Of a stretch of DNA of 39,214 bases, positions 7,688-16,851 are shown one piece after another. Below the pieces are notes generated by a model that did no database searches, was not told where the DNA came from, and saw only the letters and a list, made by a program, of their open reading frames with translations. Position 1 is the first letter of the stretch; every line of letters starts with the position of its first letter. Where the stretch lies: sequence record SRR20825006_369; one strand, given 5' to 3'. Both the position numbers and the translations under genes were made by a program.

Positions 7688-10375
7688 TTATAAACACTTT
7701 GACAATAGCAATTGTGCAAGCCCTTGTAGGCGCACAATTTCTGCTTTGCGGCAGCATTTTTCGATCTCACCCAAAAGGCGGCCGAGTTTCGGGTAACCAA
7801 GAAACAGCAAACTCCCCGCAACAAAGTGCGAAAATTGCGCAATCTCATCAAGGTCTTTTGCCCCCGGGTCATTTTGCAGCATGCCCCGTAGCATGTCTCC
7901 AAGTGTTTCCACCTCTGTTTTGGCGCGATGGGTCAGTTCGACCAAATTGGGATTTTCCTCAAAACTCGGGAGCGGATTGGAAAGTCGTTCGAACTCGAAC
8001 TCCTCTTGCTGCTCGACATCGTCCATCGCGTCGCGTTCTGAAATGACTTTTTCAATGTGCGACCGAAGCTGATGCATGGTGAACGGCTTGTGGAGAATAG
8101 AATCGATGCCGCTTTCAAACAGCTCAAGTGTCTCTTCCATCTTCATGCTCGCCTGCGCCGTCACGGCAATAATGCAGGCTTTCGAGGATCTTGACCCCAG
8201 TCGTATGATGGATGAGGCATCTAAGCCTGACATGTTCGGCATATTCAGATCGGTCAAGATAAGATCGTAGGCTGTCTCACAAGCCTTTTGAACCGCTTCA
8301 AACCCATCAATGGCGGTGTCCACATCATAGCCGATTTGTTCGGCCATTGCCTTGAGCAATGTTCTATTGGTGGGGTGATCTTCGACCAACAAGACATGTC
8401 CTTTTGGTGCGCCGGTATGTTTCACATCCTCGCCTGCGGTTGTGTCTGGGGCTGGCGTGCTATTTGGCGTCTGATCGGTGCGCCCAGACATTTTCCCCAA
8501 TGGGATATTCGCGGGCATGTCGTCTTCGGATTGTTCCTGTTGCGCGGAAGAGGGCACCCGGATCGCGTCATTCTGCTCATCGTGTACAAAAGAGGGGATC
8601 GTGAAACAAAACCGACTGCCACTTCCCAGAGTACTTTCCAATGTGATTGTCCCGCCCATGAATTCCACGGATCTCTGGACAATTCCGAGGCCTAGACCGG
8701 TGCCGGGCAAAACCGGTGCAACTTCGTCGGATAGAGAATAGAAATCTTCGAAGATGCGCGCTTGATCTGCCTGGCTTATGCCAATGCCCGTATCAATCAC
8801 CTCGATACGTGTTTCCCATGCACTATTTACCAACGAGTTTGTGCCGAGCACAGTGATCGAGCCAGCATTTGTAAACTTGATGGCATTGGAAATGAGGTTG
8901 TAGATCGCATTTGAAAACGCGCGCCGGTATCCGATGTTTTCATCCGGACCCCGCCAGTTGAGTGTCAGGGCGTTGCCCTTTGATTTGGCCAATGCCTCGA
9001 GCTGCTCACATATCTGCTGTACTGTGTTGCGAGGGTTATAAGGCTGCGGGGTGAGCTGAGATGACATGGCATCGTGCCGCGCAATGTCGAGAACATCGTC
9101 AATTTGCTCAAGAGCTGTTGCCGCGGCATCGCGTGATATCTGAATATATTCGCGACGTTTTACGGCTTCCGTCTCGGTTTCTGCGAGATCAAGAGCCGCG
9201 ACAACGCCATGCAGAGGCGTCCGCATTTCGTGACTCATCGTCGCGAGAAAACGGCTCTTTGCAGACGCATCACTGCGTGCGCGGGCCAACGCTGTGCGTG
9301 CTTTTAGGCGTGCATTCCATTCTTGAGAAGTGTCACGCACGAAGCCGATTAAGACCGGTTGCCCGTCCATTCCCGTCTCTCTTACGATGCTAAGAGATGC
9401 GGGAAATGTTTCTCCATTGAAGCGACGGGCCCTTACATTTGAACGATGTAAGGCGTTGTTGCCGCTTTCTTTGCAGGCAAACATGATGCGGAGTTGTTTT
9501 TCGAAAGGTGCCCAGCTTTTTTTGGGTGTCAGGTGCTTTAAAACGGATTGTCCATAGGCCTCTTTGCGTTGACATCCAAACATGGCTTCGGCAGCAGCAT
9601 TGAACTCTATGACTTTAAAATCACAGTCCATTACGATGATTGCATCGTGAGAGACCTCAAGTAGTTTTGCGAGATAGGATGACAATTTTTTTTGAGTGAG
9701 ATTGGTGGTTGCGATCCGCCTCAAAAGAAACACCACGGATATGAAGCTCAGGAGAAGTAGACCGATTAGAACAAGAGAATAAAAGAGATAGTTGTTCAAA
9801 GATGAATGCAGGACGCTGCGTCTCTCTTCTTGAGAGTCGATTGCCGACTGCAGAGCCGACAACGCAAAGATCCGGCTAAGCGTTGCGGCATATTCGATTA
9901 AATCGAAGATTGCTCGCACATCATCGACCGTTTTCAAACGCCCTGCATCTATTTCAATTGCAGCCTTGTCACGCAGTGTGGTCAATTCCGATAGGGCGTC
10001 ACGGGCATCTTGTTCGACGGGAAATGTTCGCAACCTTTGTGCAACTGTGTCCACGCGCGCATAAAAGATGTCGAAACGCGTCTCAATTTCGAGATGGGTC
10101 TCGTCGGATATCTGAGACCCGTCTTGCGTTTCCATTAAGGCTTGAGCAAGGGCTAGCTGAAGGCGATGCAGTTCCACTTCGACCTGAACGAAGTTCCAGG
10201 TTTCGCTGTCAGAGCGTGCAAAAGAAAAGGAATTAACTTTGCGGGACAAGTCAACGGATATGGTCAAGAGGATCAGCAGGACGAAGCTGAAAATCGTTAC
10301 TGAAACGTACATTTTCCGTCGTGTCAGGCGCCAATGCGGAGACACGTTCAGAAATTTCGGAATGTGGCGTTTCAT
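7688..10375 (-). CDS. Hybrid sensor histidine kinase (TM-periplasmic-TM, PAS, HisKA, HATPase, REC, Hpt-like C-terminus)
   Basis: MSHEMRTPLHG, NLISNAIKFT, DTGIGI, GTGLGL, LILTDLNMP and C-terminal SHFVAGS. Confidence 0.93.
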   Translation of the reverse strand: MKRHIPKFLNVSPHWRLTRRKMYVSVTIFSFVLLILLTISVDLSRKVNSFSFARSDSETWNFVQVEVELHRLQLALAQALMETQDGSQISDETHLEIETRFDIFYARVDTVAQRLRTFPVEQDARDALSELTTLRDKAAIEIDAGRLKTVDDVRAIFDLIEYAATLSRIFALSALQSAIDSQEERRSVLHSSLNNYLFYSLVLIGLLLLSFISVVFLLRRIATTNLTQKKLSSYLAKLLEVSHDAIIVMDCDFKVIEFNAAAEAMFGCQRKEAYGQSVLKHLTPKKSWAPFEKQLRIMFACKESGNNALHRSNVRARRFNGETFPASLSIVRETGMDGQPVLIGFVRDTSQEWNARLKARTALARARSDASAKSRFLATMSHEMRTPLHGVVAALDLAETETEAVKRREYIQISRDAAATALEQIDDVLDIARHDAMSSQLTPQPYNPRNTVQQICEQLEALAKSKGNALTLNWRGPDENIGYRRAFSNAIYNLISNAIKFTNAGSITVLGTNSLVNSAWETRIEVIDTGIGISQADQARIFEDFYSLSDEVAPVLPGTGLGLGIVQRSVEFMGGTITLESTLGSGSRFCFTIPSFVHDEQNDAIRVPSSAQQEQSEDDMPANIPLGKMSGRTDQTPNSTPAPDTTAGEDVKHTGAPKGHVLLVEDHPTNRTLLKAMAEQIGYDVDTAIDGFEAVQKACETAYDLILTDLNMPNMSGLDASSIIRLGSRSSKACIIAVTAQASMKMEETLELFESGIDSILHKPFTMHQLRSHIEKVISERDAMDDVEQQEEFEFERLSNPLPSFEENPNLVELTHRAKTEVETLGDMLRGMLQNDPGAKDLDEIAQFSHFVAGSLLFLGYPKLGRLLGEIEKCCRKAEIVRLQGLAQLLLSKCL

Positions 10376-10878
10376 TCTGACGTTAAAACCCTAATTTCAA
10401 CGAGTTGCCAGACGGCGGCTCCATACACAGGTTCTGTTTGATATTCTTTGCGTTTGTCGAAGGGATACATGATCCACAGAGGGCCTTTCTCCCGGAGAGA
10501 AAACGGCATCCCATCGATCCTGTTGGCAATGATTGGATAGGTGTCATCAATCAAAGCGGGGCTAATATCAACCTTGTAGTCATTGGCTCCAACGAACGTC
10601 ATTGAATTTTGTTCGTGGATTCCCACCATGGAAAGGACGCTGGTAAGAGAAGGGCCACTATAACTTGGACTCCCTTCTGTCCAAAGCGAAGATGTTTGGA
10701 AGGATTGCTGTTCCAACTGCAGAAGCATGTCGTCCGTAATCTCGAAACGTTCATCTGTCCCTTCTATAGAAATTGTCAGAAGCACATCCTGAGCACAGAG
10801 CATTTGCGGCGATAGCGCGAAACAACCTGCGAAAGCAATCATTTGGGCAGCTTTAAGAGTAAAACTGTGTGGGAACAT
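10372..10878 (-). CDS. Periplasmic molybdopterin-oxidoreductase-like accessory protein coupled to the kinase
   Basis: Signal peptide, then TSSLWT, YSGPSL, ANDY, REKGPLWIMYP and VWQL motifs. Overlaps the kinase by 4 nt. Start set after RBS AAGGA. Confidence 0.8.
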   Translation of the reverse strand: MFPHSFTLKAAQMIAFAGCFALSPQMLCAQDVLLTISIEGTDERFEITDDMLLQLEQQSFQTSSLWTEGSPSYSGPSLTSVLSMVGIHEQNSMTFVGANDYKVDISPALIDDTYPIIANRIDGMPFSLREKGPLWIMYPFDKRKEYQTEPVYGAAVWQLVEIRVLTSE

Positions 10879-11083
10879 GGTCATTTCCTTGAGATAAAAC
10901 GCTTTTAGGGAGATTTTCACCAAAAAAGTTTTTTATACACTGCGCAAAAGTAAAATAGCATCATCTTTAGTTTCCACGTTATTCCACCAAGGATTTATTT
11001 GCTCTTAATAGTTTCTGCATATGGCGGCGGCGCTAAAATTCATACAAATAGTAAAAAATTGTATATCCTATAGAGAAAATCCT

Positions 11084-11755
11084 ATGCACAAACCTCAAAG
11101 GCAGTCGAACACAGAGATGCAACAGCGCATGGTTTCCGTCCTTATTGCCGACGATCATAAGCTGATCTCAGAGGCTTTGAAGATTATTCTGGTTGAAGAG
11201 GGAGATTTTTCCGTCGAAACGAGCGTCTCATTGCAAAGCACCCTCGACGTTCTGCGCGCACACCCAAAGTCTTTTGATGTTGTGATGCTTGATATCTCTA
11301 TGCCGGGAATGGAAGGTTTGCGATCTGTAAAGCAGGTCGTAGATGCCACCCATGAGGGATCAGTTGTCATTTTTTCTGGAACGGCTGACGATGACTTCGT
11401 CTGGCAGGCAATTGAGATCGGGGCAAAGGGATTTATCTCCAAAGGGCAACCTTTTCGCAGTTTCGCCGCGACACTCAGATTGATCGCCGATGGCAACGAG
11501 TTTGTCCCACTGTCATTGTCGAGAAGTGTTAAAAACGCAACCAAAGGCGCAGACGGACCCGATGAGCAAGAGCGGCGCATTCTCAAGCTGGTTGCAGAAG
11601 GAAAGACAAACAAGGAAATTGCGTTCGAGCTGAATTCGAGCGAGGTCGCAATTAAAATGAAAATGCGGTCGATATGTACGAAACTAGATGCCAAGAACCG
11701 CGCACACGCTGCTATCCTTGCGCAAAGACATGGGCTCATAACGATTGAAACGTGA
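11084..11755 (+). CDS. NarL/FixJ-family response regulator (REC + LuxR HTH)
   Basis: VLIADDH, VMLDISMPG, GKTNKEIA...NRAHAA. Start 11084 or 11117. Confidence 0.92.
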   Translation: MHKPQRQSNTEMQQRMVSVLIADDHKLISEALKIILVEEGDFSVETSVSLQSTLDVLRAHPKSFDVVMLDISMPGMEGLRSVKQVVDATHEGSVVIFSGTADDDFVWQAIEIGAKGFISKGQPFRSFAATLRLIADGNEFVPLSLSRSVKNATKGADGPDEQERRILKLVAEGKTNKEIAFELNSSEVAIKMKMRSICTKLDAKNRAHAAILAQRHGLITIET

Positions 11756-12130
11756 GCAGGGCTAAGAACAATCAATTGTTTCGACTATTCAAATCGGCTC
11801 ATATGAACAATGGACATGACGGAGATCGCCCCGAGGTCGCGTTTGTCAGAGATCTGTGGCATGTCTTTCACCTGGATGAGTAACGGGTCAGTGACTGCCC
11901 TTAACTTATTCCGACAAGTCGTAAATTTCTTATTTATATCTGTCACATGCCTCGAAACAAGCAGCTACGATAATCACGACCAAATTTGCAATAAGCAGGC
12001 CCAATGAAAGCGAAAATAGAACATTGAGGCCGATGAGTATCATCACGAGGGATGTAAAGATGAATGCAACTAGAGCCAAAATCCCAAAAAATATCATATT
12101 TCACGTCTTCTATTTCGTTACGAACCAATC

Positions 12131-12670
12131 TTACGGGTGACTTCGGAAATCGCGTTGTCCACGCTTTAAGGATTGCACAACCGATCGCGTGGGCGCGTGT
12201 GTAAGTGCAGAGTTGAGGCGTTGAACCCAAACGCGATTGTTCACGGGCGCTTGCAGCAGTGCGAGTTCAAGGCACGAGTAGGTAACTGGAAGTCGGAGAG
12301 AAACATCTGCGAGAAATAATCTGTGCGTTCCGAATTCATCTGTGCTGAAATCTGAAGATACCAGAATTGTTGCCACGTCCGGGAACCGCCCCCGCATTTC
12401 CCTAATCCTGTCATACTGAGCGGCGATGCCGCCGAAACTGTCGACGTCGATGAACGCAAAATTGATCCCAGGAATGGCGTCGAGACACCGCATGAACTTG
12501 CTGTAATCTTCGCAACAGGTCACGGTTGCGTCGTTTTCCACCAGCATAATTGGCAAGGTGTGCGCCAGAACTTTCGATTGGCTCAGGAACAGACATTTTG
12601 CATCCATCCCGTCGAAGATACTGAACATGATTTGCCACCTGCATTTGAATTTAAATCTTTGTTCCCTCAC
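12131..12670 (-). CDS. Stand-alone degenerate receiver-like domain protein
   Basis: FAFIDVD...IREMRGRFPDVATILVS...LRLPV follows the REC beta3-beta5 pattern, with R-L-P in place of K-P. Start uncertain. Confidence 0.6.
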   Translation of the reverse strand: MREQRFKFKCRWQIMFSIFDGMDAKCLFLSQSKVLAHTLPIMLVENDATVTCCEDYSKFMRCLDAIPGINFAFIDVDSFGGIAAQYDRIREMRGRFPDVATILVSSDFSTDEFGTHRLFLADVSLRLPVTYSCLELALLQAPVNNRVWVQRLNSALTHAPTRSVVQSLKRGQRDFRSHP

Positions 12671-13883
12671 ACTTACAGCGGATTGATCCCTGTAGTGTTC
12701 GCCCGAAAGGTGAATGAGATTCTCTTTAGTTGTTCGGCCACTCCAATGATCGCCTTCGCTAAAGAGGGGCCCGCAAAATCGGACAGTGGCCTATGCTGCA
12801 TCCTAAATCTTTGAAGGCTACAGGCGGCAAAGCGCGGAAATTCTGCAGATCGGTTTAAGACAAGGTTGCTTTGGCGGCATTGCGAACCTGTCTCAAAAGA
12901 GGGGACCACTTCACTCATCGCAAACAAAACGGTCAGCCCATAAGGTTTTGCCCGACCAGTATGTGTAGCCAGCATTGGGACATTTGCCGGTGATGCATTC
13001 TGATCGGGCAGGCAACACGAGATATGTATTTGCTGCGCGGTCTCGGGGGGGTGATAAGCACAGCGCCTACCCGAAGTCTCGTGTGTGATACGGGCGGTAT
13101 CTCAGCAAATATGAGGTGGTTTGCGCGCGATTCCAAAGTGTCTTTCGATTGGCGCGGGATCGAAAGTTGCATTCGGGTTCCACGACCTCGGCACGCTGGC
13201 CCAGCCGAAGCAGGTTCGTGGTTGCGCCTGATCGACGTCGGTAAAGAGATCGTCCGACCTGCCGAACGGTCCTCCCGCGACACCCTGAGCGTCTGATCAG
13301 GTGCCTGCGCAAGTTTCTGAAAGGGTGAGAATAGTTCAGGGCCAAGTCTGGTTGGACGTGCTGCATGGTCACAGAAAAAGACCGGCTTAAATGCGATGAT
13401 GAGTGCCGGGGTGGGCAAGCATAGCGTTAAAATCATCATTCAAGTTGGGCGATGTGATGCCCCTTTGAGTTGATGTATGCGCAAAAGTTTCCATTTCCTC
13501 ATAGCGCTTCTCTAAAGGGGATAGGCATGTACTAAAGAGAATTTGATTTGAAGGGCACCAAGTGATTTGAATGAAAGCGTGTTCAGCGAGTTTAAATTTG
13601 CTGTGCGCGACCTCACAGCTCAACACCTTCTCCACGCCAATTTGGCGTGGTTTTTTTTAATCAGGGGACGAAAATATTGAGTATTCGCTGTGGTCCCAAG
13701 TCGACCTTCGTGGGGGGCGCCTAATACGTGGAGATTACAGGCGCTTTGATCGGGAACCACACCTAACGCTACGGCTCAAAGGCATGTCCATGCAAGATCG
13801 GGGGCCCTTGAAAACGTGATGCAAGTCGAGCGGTCCTGAAAACTGCGCCCATGAAATCAACAAGAGGTTCCAAGAGTTTCACT

Positions 13884-14933
13884 ATGTCCGTAAAGATCAA
13901 AAAAGGAAAAGGTATCTTGTTTGATGCGGTGCCTGACAGTGGCCAAGTTATGGTGAAGGTCGCGCCACATGGGCGCCCACTTTACATTTGGCCTAACCGC
14001 CTTGGATTTCCAGAAAGTCTCCTGCCGAAGATTAAAAAACAGTCTGTTCCCTTCCTCTACCCACCGCAGACTCCGGTTGAATACAAAGGTGGCAGCTGGA
14101 TTGTAAACATGTGTGCGGACGCAGACGAATATCGCAATGCACTCATTGGTCTTGACCGGGCCTTTGGAGACAAAATCCCTATATTTAATCATCCTCGGGC
14201 TGTGGCGATGACACGTCGAGATCTCAGCGCAAAACGTTTGGCAGGGATACCCAACCTGGTCGTTCCTAAATGTGTGCGTTTTATGGCTGATGAGAACAAC
14301 AGTTTTCAGAGAGCTTTTGAAGCAAACGGGTTCAATTACCCGGTGCTCGTGCGTCCGGCTAAATCTCAAACTGGCCGCGATCTAGTCAAAATCGACAATC
14401 CGTTCGACTGGCCAAAAGTTTACAAGACGCATTGGCAAGGTAAGTCCCACTTCATGACCCAATACGTCGATTACTCAAACACATCTGGGGACTTCATTAA
14501 GTCTCGGATTGTTTATGTCGGCGAGCGCATGTTTGTGCGACATGTAAAGCGTGCGGAAAACTGGCGCATCCACAACCAGACCGCATCCAGCAAAACAACG
14601 GATGAAGCGTGGGAGGCCTCGATCTCAGAGCAATTGATGAGTGATCCTGTTTTTCACAACATGCTCAGCGAGGTGCCAGTTCGTGTGAAACTGGATTTTT
14701 TTGGCCTAGACATTGGTGTCGATCTTGAAAATCGGCGGGCGATACTTTTCGAAGCCAACGCTGCGATGTCTATTTTCTTTGCCACAGGCGCTGATGAGCG
14801 CTCGCAGGCGAGGGCGACGCGCCTTCAACATCCGATTGTGCGTGCTCTGGAGGAACATTTTGCGACCCCCAAAAACTGGCGATCCGGCGCGGACATCGGC
14901 GAAGAGCCCGTCGAAAGGATCTTTCAGTCATGA
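13884..14933 (+). CDS. ATP-grasp (RimK-like) ligase
   Basis: IFNHP, YPVLVRP, FMTQYVD, LDFFGLDIG and LFEANAAM. Alternative start 13851. Confidence 0.8.
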   Translation: MSVKIKKGKGILFDAVPDSGQVMVKVAPHGRPLYIWPNRLGFPESLLPKIKKQSVPFLYPPQTPVEYKGGSWIVNMCADADEYRNALIGLDRAFGDKIPIFNHPRAVAMTRRDLSAKRLAGIPNLVVPKCVRFMADENNSFQRAFEANGFNYPVLVRPAKSQTGRDLVKIDNPFDWPKVYKTHWQGKSHFMTQYVDYSNTSGDFIKSRIVYVGERMFVRHVKRAENWRIHNQTASSKTTDEAWEASISEQLMSDPVFHNMLSEVPVRVKLDFFGLDIGVDLENRRAILFEANAAMSIFFATGADERSQARATRLQHPIVRALEEHFATPKNWRSGADIGEEPVERIFQS

Positions 14934-15793
14934 GTGTCAGAGACGAACGCGCATTGTTTACAGGCGAGACTCTGCAGGCTCTGGCGGAAACAGCGCAAGA
15001 CATCCTGCAAGATGCGCTAAATGGGTGCGCGCAAGACTGTAAAGGGTTTCACGGATCGTGGCCGTTTACACAGCTTTTCAATCTCCTCCCCACCACATTG
15101 CGTGACAAAGAGTTCATCGCAGATCAGACCGCAGCCGCCGTTGGGGCCGGCGCGCGCAAATTGGTTATTTCAGGCGCTGCCGACGATGGCATTCTAAAAG
15201 CAATGCTCTCTAAATTGCCGTCGCCACCGTCAGATTTGGCGGTGCATGTCGTTGATCTATGCGACACCCCTCTTAAAGCAAATGTGCGGACTGCAAAGCG
15301 GCTTGGAGTCAATCTTTCCATAGCCAAAGCAGACCTTCGGGCTGGGTTGAACGTGAAAGCAGATGTGATTGTTGCTCACAATCTTCTGCCTTTTTCATCT
15401 CCCGAAGATAAACAGGTGGTGGTGCAGGCTTGGGCTGATGCTCTCAGTTCGGGTGGATTGCTATGCGCCGTGAACCGGATCAAACCAATGGCCGCCTATG
15501 GCGCACCACGATTTCCATTGGCCGTTCATGATGAGATGGTCCAAAGGATTTTGGACCTGCAATCGATCTCCCCATATCGCGATCATATTACGCCAGAGCT
15601 GTTGGCCGGCCTCTTCAGGGAAGCTCTGGAGACCTCGAAGATGTGGTATTTTCGTTCAAAAGACGAAGTGATCACGCTGTTGGAGGCGGCCTCATTCTGC
15701 ATCCTTGGGACCCATACTTACAGCCGAAGAGGGGAAGTCCCCTCGCATATGCCTGACAACGAAACCATCAGAATCTCAGCCGTTCGCTCGTAG
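14930..15793 (+). CDS. Class I SAM-dependent methyltransferase-like protein
   Basis: LVISGAAD (motif I), VHVVDLCDTPL, ADVIVAHNLL and LSSGGLL. ATGA overlap with the ATP-grasp gene. Confidence 0.75.
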   Translation: MSVRDERALFTGETLQALAETAQDILQDALNGCAQDCKGFHGSWPFTQLFNLLPTTLRDKEFIADQTAAAVGAGARKLVISGAADDGILKAMLSKLPSPPSDLAVHVVDLCDTPLKANVRTAKRLGVNLSIAKADLRAGLNVKADVIVAHNLLPFSSPEDKQVVVQAWADALSSGGLLCAVNRIKPMAAYGAPRFPLAVHDEMVQRILDLQSISPYRDHITPELLAGLFREALETSKMWYFRSKDEVITLLEAASFCILGTHTYSRRGEVPSHMPDNETIRISAVRS

Positions 15794-15824
15794 ATCCAAC
15801 CAAACAAGATCCAAAGGAGATAAC

Positions 15825-16805
15825 ATGATCAACAAGAAGACAGGCCGGGCTGTAATTTTGGCGGGCGCGGCGATTTTCGCTCCGATAAGCGCCTATGCGG
15901 ATATTGTCATCAAGGTCGGTTTTGCCGTTGGTGGTGGATATGATGTAAATGCTCGCTTGATGGCAAACCATCTTGGTCGTTTCCTGCCAGAGGCTGGGTC
16001 GATCTACGTTGAAAATGTTGATGGCGCGGGGTCTTTGAGGCTCGCAAAAATGATGCTCGCCAAAGAGCCCGCTGATGGTACCGTCATCGGCTCGATATCC
16101 TCATGGTTTCCTGTCGGTGCGACCTTTGATCCAGCCTTGGTTGGACTCGACTTTTCCCAGCTCAGCTGGATCGGTGGGATCGGAACGACGCAAGAACGCC
16201 TTTGTGCAGTCTCGTCCAGTCTTGGAATTGCGGACATCTCGGACTTTGCGGAACAAACTTTCCAACTTGGTGCAACCACCTCTGGAACCACCGATGTTAT
16301 CACCCGCTTGGTCCAAAACACGCTGCATGCTGATTTTGAAATCGTTAGGGGATTTTCAGGTACGGCACCAGTACGAGCGGCGATCATTCGCGGCGAATTG
16401 GATGGGTATTGTTCGTTGCGGGTACGTGATCTTGAAAAGGTGTTCGAACCCGGAACGATGACACCGATTTTGCAGGCCTCCTACCGCCCGAACCTTGACC
16501 TACCTTATCCGCTTCTTCGCGATCTCGTTGAAGCGCCTGAAGATATTGAAATTGTTGATTTTATTTTGTCGCATGAGCTGTTTCAATATAGTTTTGCCCT
16601 ACCGCCCGGCACGCCCGAGGATATTCTAACCGTGTATCGACAGGCCTTTGATGCCATGGTGCAGGATCCCGAGTTCCTCGCTGAGGCAGAAAAGTTGCGC
16701 ATGCAGCCGAGCCCGATCACCGGAGCTGAACTTGAAGATCATCTGGATCGCATTCAGAAAACACCCTTAGAGGTTCTCGCACGGGCGGGCGCAATGCTTG
16801 ACTGA
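15825..16805 (+). CDS. tctC: Tripartite tricarboxylate transporter substrate-binding protein (TctC/Bug)
   Basis: VGFAVGGGYD, ENVDGAGS, ADGTVIG and LPPGTPEDI. RBS AAGGAG and signal peptide. Confidence 0.9.
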   Translation: MINKKTGRAVILAGAAIFAPISAYADIVIKVGFAVGGGYDVNARLMANHLGRFLPEAGSIYVENVDGAGSLRLAKMMLAKEPADGTVIGSISSWFPVGATFDPALVGLDFSQLSWIGGIGTTQERLCAVSSSLGIADISDFAEQTFQLGATTSGTTDVITRLVQNTLHADFEIVRGFSGTAPVRAAIIRGELDGYCSLRVRDLEKVFEPGTMTPILQASYRPNLDLPYPLLRDLVEAPEDIEIVDFILSHELFQYSFALPPGTPEDILTVYRQAFDAMVQDPEFLAEAEKLRMQPSPITGAELEDHLDRIQKTPLEVLARAGAMLD

Positions 16806-16851
16806 GGTATCTCGCGCGCGCCGCCCGGTCTGACCAGATGAGAGATCCCAG

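Noticed and set aside
13067-13372. LLRLGQRAEVVEP resembling the C-terminus of WYL proteins
   Set aside because: Single short match with no supporting sequence around it.
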